A stretch of 48,130 nucleotides of DNA, counting the filler, from Jimgerdemannia flammicorona (lineage: Eukaryota): NCBI GenBank assembly GCA_003990765.1. It is 2 parts of 2 records of this genome, joined end to end, with 100 filler letters (N's around TTAATTAATTAA, not from the genome) between each part and the next. Parts side by side here need not be neighbours in the genome. Positions count along the whole stretch, not along the records: positions 1 to 24,017 come from RBNJ01001032.1; 1 more part is not named here. The stretch is one strand, 5' to 3'. The translations under genes and the position numbers were made by a program. Positions 11,807-23,600 of this stretch are shown piece after piece (within the stretch, counting starts at the first letter, position 1; each line of letters starts with the position of its first letter). The notes below the pieces were generated by a model, which searched no databases, had not been told where the DNA came from, and saw only the letters and a program-made list of their open reading frames with translations.

Positions 11807-12709
11807 ATGAAAGTATATTTGAAGGAGTCTGAGCACACGCTCTCTCCAGATGAAAGCATTGCATTGGTGACACTGAAGTCCGTTCTGCATGCCAGCCCGT
11901 CATCAGAAGCCTTGGTGCAATCCTGCAATACGGAGGACGAAGCCGATGTCGTCGTTTTTTGCCAAGGCGAGCTCGCCGGAACACCGCCTCTGAAGCGCAA
12001 TGCCCAATTCGTCCTGACCTATGGTTTGCAGCAAGGCAAGATCAGTTTTCCTTGCGAAGACATGAATTTGCAAGGTGCGATTCGAGCCATCGATAGCCTT
12101 TGGCGTTTGGCCCGGCTTCAAGACCTTCGAAACCTACGTGCAACCCTGGGCAGCAGCCCCAACCTTGGTGTCGATTTGTTGATCCAGGAAAACGTAAATA
12201 GCGTATGGAAGGCCACCAAACAACACATAAAAGATGGACAAGAAATCCAATGCCGTTTCAAATGTTCAACGAATCTACCACAAAACGTCGAAGCCACTGT
12301 CCTTCTCATCAAGGAAGACCAGCAAATCGTTCAGGTACTGGGAAACGGCGGTTTAACAATGCATCCGAACACTGTAATCACCAACAAACTGAAGGTCGAG
12401 CTGTCTCAAGATTTTCCGAAATACTTTCAAAAGGCCCATCCCGAAGACAAGATCCCAAAACCGAAATGGACTTTTCTTTTGCTTGTCTGCGAGGGGCATG
12501 GTACGGTTGGTAAATGGCTGCAAGACGCATATCGATCACACAGATACGGCACCATTCCCAATTTGCATAAACAGCGAACAGTGTGGTTGATAAATAAAGG
12601 TGTACCAGTCACTTCAGGCGAGACATTGGCGAACGAAACTCCGCCGGATTCATTTGTACGTTGGTTGTCCATAAAGGAAGTAACCTTGACGGTCAAACAG
12701 CGACAATGA
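11807..12709 (+). CDS. 300-aa intronless protein; tentatively caspase C-terminal/DUF4384-like beta-sandwich without catalytic domain
   Basis: Clean ATG-to-stop ORF (atcATG context). AIDSLWRLARLQDLRN followed by IKDGQEIQCRFKCSTNLPQNVEATVLLIKEDQQIVQVLG and WTFLLLVC recalls the helix plus DUF4384-type strands found C-terminal to C14 domains in bacterial and fungal caspase-like proteins. No HG/C dyad context is evident. The CDS call is strong; the product call is weak. Confidence 0.7.
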   Translation: MKVYLKESEHTLSPDESIALVTLKSVLHASPSSEALVQSCNTEDEADVVVFCQGELAGTPPLKRNAQFVLTYGLQQGKISFPCEDMNLQGAIRAIDSLWRLARLQDLRNLRATLGSSPNLGVDLLIQENVNSVWKATKQHIKDGQEIQCRFKCSTNLPQNVEATVLLIKEDQQIVQVLGNGGLTMHPNTVITNKLKVELSQDFPKYFQKAHPEDKIPKPKWTFLLLVCEGHGTVGKWLQDAYRSHRYGTIPNLHKQRTVWLINKGVPVTSGETLANETPPDSFVRWLSIKEVTLTVKQRQ

Positions 12710-13455
12710 GCTGTTTTGGATACATATTATTTCAAATTCTATTATTGTATGCACGACTAGTATCGGTTGTAACCTGATGTACTGAAAAGTATCTTTGAGA
12801 CATGCTGTACACTGCGCTCTCCATCGGAAAAATAAAAATTTAAGGGCATGCAACTCACGAAAAAGCTTCGTTGTGGTGAGTTGGAATGCAATCGTTATTA
12901 TTTTTTATTTCGTCCGGGATAGCTATGGCAACTCAACGCAATAGGGACGTTATCAATTAATCCAGTTAGTTTCCCACAAGCTTTGATCTTGTGGAAAAAA
13001 AATTTAATACAAAGCTTTGATAAGATATTAGCGGCCCATTTCGATTGTTGAACGTGATACAATTGTTCCCTAGATTCCCGTCTCTGGATGCAAATTGCAT
13101 AATAGTGACAATAATCCTTCCTATGTGCACCTATAACAAGTTTACCTACCAAACAAAAGTCGCGGCGTGTACCTCAACCACAGGTCAGGTCCATAAATGA
13201 ATCATGACCCTGGCTATTCCCATGCAGCATTGTTTGTTTGATGGTGGAAGCCGCAGTAAAGAGCTTCTCCATTCAAAGAATCTGCATGACTCGGGAATTC
13301 TTATCTCTCGGTGTGCGACACCTCCATCATTCAATGCCAGCCTTGCTTGAACCCCCACTTGTCCCCCTTCCATTTCCGACCCCTGCAATGAATGTTTCCA
13401 CAATCCTGTTAAGAGGTCCGTCTGGTTCACTGCCATATTAAACTCCCCAACCACT

Positions 13456-14164
13456 ATTGACGGCATGACTTCAAAACAAAATCAAGCCAGTGTAGATTTG
13501 GGATCCAAATATTTTCGTCCAAAATCTGGTGATTGAAACCAGGTCATCTTTGATAGCGACACATCTGTTGCAGGGTTGTTGATCTATTGACTGGATGATC
13601 TGTAACATCTACGTAACAACAATATGACGTAAGTAACACTCGAGTCAATTGAAACGTTGTTGTTCAGTAATATATGCCAACTTTAATAACGGGACAACAA
13701 TCGTGCGAAACAAGCGTTTATTTGTCCGTATGACTGTTGCTCACATAGCCCCGTCCCAAATGACTGGTTGCGGCTTCGCTTTCCAGGCTTCCCACGATGC
13801 CTTTTCTCAGTAAAATCCTTAGCAAAAGCATCCATATAGATCCAAAAATTTCTTTCCCCTGTGAAACCATCACAATGACTAATCCCATTGACGGCATGAC
13901 TTAAGATTGAAATCTTTGATAGTGACACGTGTTGCAAAGCTGTTGGTCTATTGACTGGATGATCTGTAACCTCTACGTAACCAATAATATGACGTAAGTA
14001 ACACTTGAGACAATTGAAGTTTTGTTCAGTAATGTGTGCCAACTTTAATAACAGGACAACAATTGTGCGAAACAAACATGGGGCAAGATCCAGTAAGGAA
14101 ACATGTGGCGTTTATGTGTCCGTATGACTGTTGCTTGCATAGCCCCGTCCCGAAAGACCAGTTG
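13456..14164 (+). repeat. Imperfect direct duplication of about 280-315 bp (13456-13770 and 13887-14164) upstream of the gasdermin-like gene
   Basis: Shared blocks attgacggcatgactt, tctattgactggatgatctgtaac, tatgacgtaagtaacact, tgccaactttaataac, gtccgtatgactgttgct and catagccccgtccc. Confidence 0.9.
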
Positions 14165-14284
14165 ACTTAGATAACGTTTTAGAACTTCAACTCGCCGTCA
14201 CCCTTCAGTTCAATCAGCCTGACATAAATACAATACTGGTTCACCAACTGGATTTCATCCGCTTTTAATATCGAATGCATCATC

Positions 14285-15388
14285 ATGAACCTGACCAAAT
14301 ACCTCGTCTCAAGCGTCAACGAATTTCATCCGCTCCTGTTCAATGCCAATTTTATTGAGGTCAACAGTCAGTCTAGTCAGTTTCTCAAGGTCGGCGACTT
14401 TGGGCACATCGACTTCCGCACCGGTATATTTCGGTACCATGGCAACATCATCGACAGAGATGGGGGAGGTCGTCATGGTTTTCCAGCCTACGAATTCCGC
14501 GAACAGCGCTCCGTCAGCAATGACATGAATATTGACCTCAAGGAAGGGATTGATTTCCAATTGGACGCTACTGCATCATCAGAACTTCCGACTGTGTCCG
14601 CCAATGTCGGGTACACTATCGAGAAAAACAAAGCCTTCCACTTACATACCAATGGCGGGGTTCGTGAGGAGTCGATCGGGAGCGAGGACCATTGGCTGAA
14701 GCTCGCAGACTACATGGAGAAATTTGGCGAGTACTTTCGCTGCCACCCAGAGTTCACCCTCGGTGTGTACGCGCAGCATTACCCAGTAGTTACAAAGGTG
14801 CTACGATTCAAATCATTCCGGGTTGTGGCGGCGATCCAAAATTCGTCCAAGTTGGCCGCAACCTTCAACCTGTCCCCACCAACAATTATCAATGTCAACG
14901 CACAGACCAGCAGCCATTTTAATAAGTCAGGCTTCCGTATCATGGTCCTTCAGAAGGAGGCCAGCGAGGATTTCTTGTATCCTGTGCTCTATGAGCTTCG
15001 ACGGCTTCCGATTAAGGGTATGGGACAGCAAAAACCCGGAGAAGCTATGGAAACCGTCACGCTGAAGACAAAGACATACTTACGACTAGTGAAAGTCTTG
15101 GGCTTGAACGTGAGGAGGGCAGACCAGAGAGGAACATGGCAACCTGATGCTGTCAACATTAATGGTATTGCCATGATGCCACCTGAGACAACAGTCAGAC
15201 CAAACACGATATATCCTGAAGGTTATTTCTCTGACGATGCTGATGCAAATGATGAAAATGAAAGTCATAACGAAAATGATGACAACGAAACAGATGAGGA
15301 TGAGGATGAAGAAGAGGACAGTGGCGATGCAACTGATGATGAAGAGCCTTTGAACGAACATTTGAACGCTGCATTCTTCCATGACTAA
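14285..15388 (+). CDS. Gasdermin-like pore-forming protein, 367 aa, intronless
   Basis: N-terminal LKVGDFGHIDFRTGIFRYHGNI. First alternating-polarity hairpin region about aa 75-125, then a helical segment, YPVVTKVLRFKSFRV (cf. gasdermin yvvT-vl-ak strand), a second hairpin about aa 180-225, and closing YPVLYELRRL (cf. vfayrl-kl). This roughly 240-aa core is followed by a linker and a D/E-rich tail. It lies next to a CHAT protease, as is typical for microbial gasdermins. Confidence 0.75.
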   Translation: MNLTKYLVSSVNEFHPLLFNANFIEVNSQSSQFLKVGDFGHIDFRTGIFRYHGNIIDRDGGGRHGFPAYEFREQRSVSNDMNIDLKEGIDFQLDATASSELPTVSANVGYTIEKNKAFHLHTNGGVREESIGSEDHWLKLADYMEKFGEYFRCHPEFTLGVYAQHYPVVTKVLRFKSFRVVAAIQNSSKLAATFNLSPPTIINVNAQTSSHFNKSGFRIMVLQKEASEDFLYPVLYELRRLPIKGMGQQKPGEAMETVTLKTKTYLRLVKVLGLNVRRADQRGTWQPDAVNINGIAMMPPETTVRPNTIYPEGYFSDDADANDENESHNENDDNETDEDEDEEEDSGDATDDEEPLNEHLNAAFFHD

Positions 15389-15869
15389 TTAGTATATTTA
15401 GCACTTTTGCTTAGCAAGAGCTAAGAGATAGCAGCTTAAGTACCTTTTCCAGCCATCGTGATTGACAATTATGATGTATATATACATGTTTCAGTAACTT
15501 TATCATTGAAACAGAAGTATACATATTATGATAAATGATCGAGATCGTCATGTACATATAGAAGTCTATGCAAGTGTGCAAAGTTCATCTATCAATTCAG
15601 ATAGAGGCTCCTATAATATATGAAATGATATTTATCTTACGGCCTATTCAGATTAGAACCTTATTGGACCTCATATTGAGACGGCCACTTTTAGGAGAAA
15701 CTAACTTTTTAAAAGTGGTCACGTGCAGTTCATGTCATATTCTCTTGATGGTCACTCACACTCGTGACGATCATATGAGGCGCAGTTTTCTAAGTGTAAT
15801 TGGCCGAAGATAAAATACGGAAACCCAAAGAAATATATGATGACCCTGTCCTCGAACAATGCCTAGTTG

Positions 15870-18800
15870 GGTATGACGGGAACCCGAATGGGCTCCTCAC
15901 CCTCTGCATAAGGAGCACCCACTCTTATCCCCTCAACTTGCTAGCTCACTATAGACACTTAGTGAAATCTACCAGACCTATTCTCCTCCAGTTCACTAGT
16001 AATGTCAACACTTTTCAGGCAATCTGACTCTACTGCCCTGCCTATATTCAGATCCTGGCCATCTTCAATAACCTCTTGACCACTTATGTTGGGAAGTCTA
16101 AGTAATATTCTAAATACCACAACTTAAGCAGTCAATATATATTCAACACTATTACCTATTTAGCCAGGAAGATATATTGACCACTCCACTCCAGAAGAAT
16201 ATTTCTCTACTCAACCAGCCACTGCTTCTACTATCTCTGAAGCAACAGAGAGTCATATACCAAGAAATAGATTCCTAGATAGCAAACTACCTCTCCTACT
16301 AGAATAACTATTTCAATTATATCTCCACCTACTATTCCTCTACTTAATATCAGAGTCTTATATTTATTCCAATTCAGCTTAGCATCAGAGTATCTCTCAT
16401 ACCATTCCACTACTCTCTATAGTACTACTATGTCTTTTACAGAGCTCAGTCTAATCACTATATTATCAGCAAAGGCTCTTACTTTCTAATTTACTTCCAA
16501 AATATTCAACCCCCCATCTTGTATCTAATCCTATATAATAAAAGCTCCAGGGAGAGAGTATAAAAAATTAATAACAGCAGATCCCCTTATATCACTCTTC
16601 TGCTCAGAGAGAATATAATTCTCCTATACTTATTTACCAAAATAGTTATTTAGCTCTCATCCAACAGACCGATCAAAGATTGCTAAAATCCAGAGAGAAC
16701 TCCCATATACTTTAATACTCTCTCCAGCTATACTCACTAGATCTTATTATATTCTTTTTCTAATCCAGAAATACAAACTGACCATTTACTTCTATAGTAT
16801 ATTCATATACTTATATTATCTCAACTTACTTCTGATGAATTCTCTCTACTTAATCTCCAGTACTTACTGAGTCACTTCTTGTAACCTAACTACTAGTATC
16901 TTTGTAACTAGCTTGTAATCTATATCCAGAAGTATAATTGGCCTCCAGTTCTTTCACTTCTCTTTTTTTCTCTTATTCTTATATAATAAAGCAATAAGAC
17001 TCAGATATTGCCTCCTAATCTATATTCCTGAGTTAATAATCTTATCACACATCTATGTCATCTTCTTTAAAACTAACTCAACATCTGCTATCCTCTTCCA
17101 GAAATCTCACAGTAGACTATCCTCTCTCAGAGCTATTCTGAGAATCATTATTATCAATACCCTATATATCTTCTCTTCTCAGACAGATACTTCAAGATCA
17201 CCTAAGCTCTCTGCTAGGTCCAGATACCAATTCTCCAAATGTTGTTCAATATCCAGCATATCCTTTCTATCTTTCTCTTTATTCTATAGTTGTCCTCACT
17301 ATGAACTCAATTGACTCAAGATCACCAGAGTTCTAACTACTATCTCTCCTATCTTATCTAGTACTCTTTCCCACCAATATCTCACCCTCTTTATCTGAAA
17401 GAGTCTCAATAAGAACTTTTAGATCTCTTTTTCTCTTTTATATCATATCACTATAGCTGAGCTATCATATTCTTTACCCATAAATCTTTCTCCTGCCTCA
17501 GTATCTCCTTCAGCTCCTCTACTTCATATCAGATCTACTGTACTCTCCAATCTTTCTCTTTCCTATCATTCAATAGATCAGCTCATGTTAATAATAACTT
17601 CTCTAATCTCTGAGAAGCTCACCTTAACCTATTCTTCTTCTGAGCATCTCTCACCCTCTCTACCTTCCTCTAGAACTATTGAGCAACTAATTTCAGATAT
17701 TACTATTGATCTTCAATCTCCAGCCTCTTTGCCCTCTAACTAAGAATCCTGGAGCTAATGTCTACTATCTATGTATTCTATAAAGAAGACTCTCTCAGTA
17801 AGGAGATTTAGGTACTAATGTCTAGATCCTTCTCCACTACTCCTGAATCTTCCACAATCTATCAGACTCTAATGATCTAACCATGGGTACCAAACTATCT
17901 TCAAAGATTTCCAAACATTCTCTCCTCTTTTTTTTTTTTTTTATTTTACAGACTCAGAGTTCTACAGATTTTTATTGAAAGAGAACCTAGACTATATAGG
18001 CCAAAATCCTCCCCCACCACCCATCAAGCACTGCTCCCCCATTAACCTAGACTAACTATTATCCAGCAGCTTGACTATACTAGATACAGCAGGGTCTATA
18101 TTGGCCCATATCTCATTCTGTATACTATGTTCTCCCTACTACCAGGGAGAACCCAGCCATATACCAATGACCAAAAGTATATACCCAAGACCCCAATATA
18201 TATATAAGGCTATATCTGAGTCAAATAGAATAGCCTCTGTCACCCTAAAGAGAATGACAGACAAAGAAAAAACTCTCATCAAAGTATATTATGGTGGATA
18301 GAGTCTAGTTCTCCCAGATGAGATAAGTAGAGAACTTATATATGAGGTGGGAGGAGACCTCCAATACTTCACTACTCAAGTCTATAGGCCTTGATCAGAT
18401 TGCTATATCAGCTCTCAGTTCCAGTTGAGTGTAGTCAAGATGTCTGAAATAGATAGCCTTGAGCCCCCCAACTCTCCCCAATGACTGAGACCCAATCTGC
18501 TAAATTATCAAAAGAAGCTGAGAGTGATACCTACTACCTAACTACTCCACACCAATCAAAAGGCCCCACTGAAGCAGTATCTGCCCCAGCCCTAATGACC
18601 ACCCCCAGCCTGATACCTTACTGATTTACTGTAATTGCCCTTCTACCTATCTATCTACAACAACCATCTCCCCTCCTATCCTGACAATATCTAAAAAACA
18701 GTCATCTATGCCAGAACCATGCTCACCAGAAAGCTCACCAAAGCCAGAGAGCCTCACTACAGACACTGAGGACCTGCAGGTAACTTACACTGAGTACTTA

Positions 18801-20690
18801 ATGTCTAAAATCAGCTGACTCCTTATGTAACCCATAATGTACCAAGACAATATCTTATTAGCTATAGCAAATAGAAGAAGGCACTATACTAAAATAAGTA
18901 TACTCTAGATGTAGCTGAAGGTACTAGAATCTACAAAAAAGTAGAGAAGACACCAATCTAATACTGATAAATAGGCAACTCAATATTATTGCCCTCCTCT
19001 CACTATACTCCTATAGACACAGCAAACCAACCTGAGGTAGAGGGAGTAATAATAGGGGAAAGAGAACTTGGGAGATCACTTACCAAACCTTGTGACTGGT
19101 AAGGTAGCAGTGAAAAGAGTACAAACATTCTCTCCTTAGTACTCTACAGTCAGGATCCAGTCAATTCTAGAATCCAATCCTGCTACCCAGTAGATATAAA
19201 CCCTGTGATCTCCATCTAAGTTATCCTGTATTCACTAGAGAACCCAGCTTTTTAACCTCTTCTCAGTCTTCTATTCTCCTACTCTTATTAGCCATCTCCT
19301 TCCCTCCATCAGTCCTATCTAACTATCTATCATATATTATGTTAAAGTCTTCACTCAAGTAGTTAATTTCAGTCTCTACTATAGTACCTATATCTTATAG
19401 ACCTCTTATCCACTCCACCTGCTTCCTCCTTTCTGCTGAACAATAATAGGACCCAATAGTTAAAGAGCTTTAGTCTGGTCTCCTCTATACTCTCTATATT
19501 ACTCTACTCCCCTAGTGTCTAATATCTCCAATATCTCTCTTGTTCTTCTAAATCAATATGTCTATCTGACCCTACCAAACTGCTATCTCTCTCCATTCCT
19601 TTGTCCAATTTAGCATATTCAAGTTCTCATCACATCTAATATTCTATAGTAAAAACAGATTAGCATCTAACCTCTTTAATCAGTAGAAAATATTCTACTA
19701 TCTCACTGCACCTCATAATCTATTGATATTTAAAAAAAAAAAATTAGTTATACTATTCATATTGAATAATATTTTTTGAAGACCAGTCACCTACTTTATA
19801 ATTCCATGCTTATTATATCACTAACAATATTCAGATTTCTCTCTACCTTAAGCTCATCTACCTCTCTCTACTGAGTATCTAGTACTTTCAAGATCTTCTA
19901 ATAGTTCTCACTATCTATAGACTCTATATTAGACTAGTACTTCTTATATACTATCTGTCACTTCTTCAATCTCTTCTTAGATTTCCACAGATAAGTCATA
20001 TAGTCATTTATAATGACCAGAAGTACTGCCTCCCTGTTATCATCTACCTTATATTTCTCTGCCCCTAATAAGTCCACCAATAGCTTATTTCAAAACTTCT
20101 ATACTACCTCTTCTTCTTACAGGATCTCACTTTAATGTCTTTTACTAATTACCTAAAAATCTACCTCATCTAACTCATCTGCAGCAATATTCATCAATGC
20201 CTTCTATAACTACCTTTTCTCTCCTATAGTCTCATTAATATCTAGAACTATCTCCTGCTCTCCAACCCCCTGATCTCTCTCAGCATTTGTTCTTACTGAC
20301 TTATCTCAGTTCTCCTCTATCACATCCTACAGCTTATCAGTTCTCCCCCCTCCTGTGAGCACCCCATACTATACTTGGGCCTCCTTTATCATCACCTCAT
20401 TCTCTATCACCACACTCTGTCTAGAGTCTCCACTCTTTTCCAGAGTTACTATGAGAGTCTCTCTCTTCTTTTCTGCTCAAGTACTCACCCTTGATCTACC
20501 TCTTTCAGTAGTATTTTTCTTCTCTACTCTCTCTTCCAGATTCACCAATAAGTCTTTCTGATACTGCCTCTCTTATGCTCTCTCTCAGGCAGCCTAATCT
20601 AGTTATACTTACTTGCTATTTATAATCTTTATCACTGTCTTAGCCTTGAACTTCTTCTAGAATAGCTGTCTCTTCTCCACTACTTCAGCC
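15870..20690 (-). mobile_element. L1/Tx1-type LINE relic (APE endonuclease + RT), heavily mutated, apparently truncated at both ends
   Basis: Minus-strand relic motifs: NWRPIILLDIDYKLVTKIL (about 16895-16950), FSLSRRVI*GDLLLLIFYTLSLELLL (cf. RGVRQGDPLSP...EPL, about 16540-16612), and KVRAFADN (YADD-like, about 16462-16486). Endonuclease relics: SEDFN (about 19341-19356), SRIDWIL (about 19151-19171) and PWLDH (SDH-like, about 17873-17887). Boundaries are approximate. Confidence 0.85.
17927..19121 (-). mobile_element. SINE-like retroelement, copy 3, inserted in the LINE endonuclease domain
   Basis: Poly-T left end. Exact 15-bp TSD caaacattctctcct at 17912-17926 and 19122-19136. It separates the SRID and SDH-like motifs of the LINE. 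Confidence 0.9.
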
Positions 20691-23600
20691 TAGTACTCTG
20701 AATGGATATAATTTATATATCTAAATGAGATTTAATTCAGATTCATTATATGATAGATTCAAATTAACTTAAATTAGTTCTATGATCTGATCTGAATTGA
20801 TCTGGATTGATCCAGATCACTCAAAATCTTTGATAATATTACCCTTTCTTTATCTAATATTCCTTTTAGTTTCTCCTGCAATATTATAAACAAATAAATA
20901 GCAGCTCTTAATTATATATTGGTCTACTCATTTTTTTATCTAATGATTATCAAAAGAGAGAATATTTGAGATAGAAAAGTACTCTCTACTAATAATATTA
21001 AATTCTTTCTCATATGGATAGTACACAAGCTACTCATTGAGAGCTAAAGTAGTAATAGTAATAGCAATAGCAATATTAATAAGGATGAGAGAGAATTCTG
21101 ACAATAATTCACAGTGATCCTTCAGACTTCAGAATTTATAGATCTCACAGCTATATATATAGTAGCCTTTTTAGAGCAGCCAATAGTAGATATAGGTTGC
21201 CTTTTTGCTACTATATTTAAATTTCCACAGTATGGATTAAGTTCATTTCATGCTTTTTCTCTTTTTCTTAGAGTCTATAGCTCTATAACAAGATCTGCCA
21301 ACTTTATTTATAATATCTAGTTAAGATAAAAAAAGGCTGGAGAATGTTGTAAGGTATATTTTTGATGGCTGAGCTGTTGAGTCAATATATTATATAGTAG
21401 AGATCTCAAAAGGATTAGAAGTAAGTCTTTATGAGTAATCTTATATAACTTATCTATATGTAACTTATTTGCATACAACTCATTCTTATACTCTTTTTCT
21501 GAATACTCATCTATATTTTATTTAACTCTATTTTTATGTATTCTTCTCTAAAAATACCTATATAATACTCACATATAATCTGTCTACATATTTAACTTAG
21601 CTCACTATTTAGATTAAGGCTTAGTTCTACTACAGAGGAGAATTCAAAGTTCTCCAAGTTTAGCCATGTCAAGTATCTGATCAAATAGAGAAGTTTAAGG
21701 GTAAGTTATTCAGCATAAGTAATACTAGTATTACTATTAAGACTTAGAGATCTACATTTAAATTAAAGTCAATCATTCTTAATTAAGAAGCCCATTGGTC
21801 TGCTGGAGTACTTAATGATAAAGAGAACTATATTATTATTAATAAATATAGTAAAGTTGTTGTGATGGTAGTAAGGAATCTCTATAGTGATAAGCTTTAT
21901 TACTATATTAATAAAATTTACAAGGATTATATCAAATACTAGATAGTAGAAAAGAGGGGGTATAAAAAGTAAAGAGGGGGAGTTTGGATGGAAATTAGAT
22001 ATACTGCAACATTGGCAAAGGATGGATACTCTGGAGTTTTTTTCTAAAATCTTCTACATTCATCTCCTTATTTTTGAGATTTTCTTTACTAATCATTATT
22101 GTTAAATTTTCAGAGATATATAGAATTCTATACTCTTATTAGAACTTTAGAAGTACTATTGAAGAATAAACTGTATGTAAGCATAACATAGTTTGTATAG
22201 TAATAGTGGCTATGATCTGGGGTTCTTTGAGCAGATTACTAGACTGAACAATAGGCCAGCTTAGTGATGCAGCTATATATATATTCTTGATACAATTTAG
22301 TATGCTATATGAGGTGAGGAGCTTGGCTTTTTTTTTTTTTTATATGGTTTAAGAGTTTCTATCTCCTGTATGTGAAAAGGAAGGATTTGATCAAATACTA
22401 TCTATTTTGATAGATTTTCAAGCCAGAGCTCTCAGGGCTGGATGAAGAATAGGTATTCTCTAACACTGTCTGGTAATATGAGGTCCTGGGCCAAGGGTTC
22501 ACCCAACTACATATATACTTATATCACATTGAAGTATATCAGATGCAATATTTCTCTATCTATATATAGACAATAATATTACTCTAGTAATGTTTTATAT
22601 TTCAGAAAAAAAGGGCCTAACTTAAGAGAACAATAGTAGTATCTGATACAACCTCACTTATAATTTCAGGGTTCTGTTTATAGTCAACATAGCTGTTCTA
22701 TTCTAACTATATGACCTTTATAGTACTATTATCTTTAAAGAGAGCTCAGATACTACAGTTATTATACTTATAATAAATAATAGGCTCATCAAGGCCTAAG
22801 ACTAACAGATGAAGTAGTTTTATAAAGGTTAGGCTAGGTGATCTTTTGTAAAAGTTAGGCAGTCTTTTGTGAGGATTAGGTAGTCTTTTATAAAAGTTAG
22901 GTTGTCTTTTATGAGAGTTAGACAGCCAGACACCTCTTTTGTTTTGTTGTACTAATTTTTAGCTTTTAGCTTTTTGCTGGGCTCTATTGGTCTCTTGGTT
23001 TTACTTTATAGTACTGCTAGTACAGTACCACAGTATAGGACTAGAGTATCTGCAGAGCCTAAATCTACACTGGAGTCTGATCTGCACTAGAGTCTATCTG
23101 CTTAAAGTTGCTTCTCATAGTAGATCATTGGATTACAAATTCTGCATACTCTCTCTAACCCATATCTCTATATCAACTTACAGCTTAGGGCTACCCTATA
23201 CTACTAGCAGAGGGCTGCAAATTTTGTATACTCTCTCTACTAACTCCACTGACTCCCACTCTATATTTGTTTTACAGTACTAGTTTTAGCTTTTGTCAGG
23301 CTTTTCTAACTCCTTAGCCCTACTTTGTGGTGATTAGTATAGTACTATAGTATAGAGCCAGAGTGCTTGTAGGGCTTAAATCTACATTAAAGTCTGATCT
23401 GTACTAGAGTCTGATTGCTTGAAAATACTTCTTACAGTGGATCATTGAGCTGCAAATTCTGTATACTTTCTCTGACCTAGACTTCTGTACCAACTTATAG
23501 CTTAGAGTCACTTCTTGCTACTAGTAAAGGGTCACAAATTTTATATACTCTCTCTACCAACTCTGCTGACTCCTACCAATCTCACTAACCCCACTAACTC

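Noticed and set aside
20900..22400. Possible hAT transposase motifs on the minus strand (LVESTF, IPYYHH)
   Set aside because: Too degenerate to support, and no matching TSD for the enclosing block.
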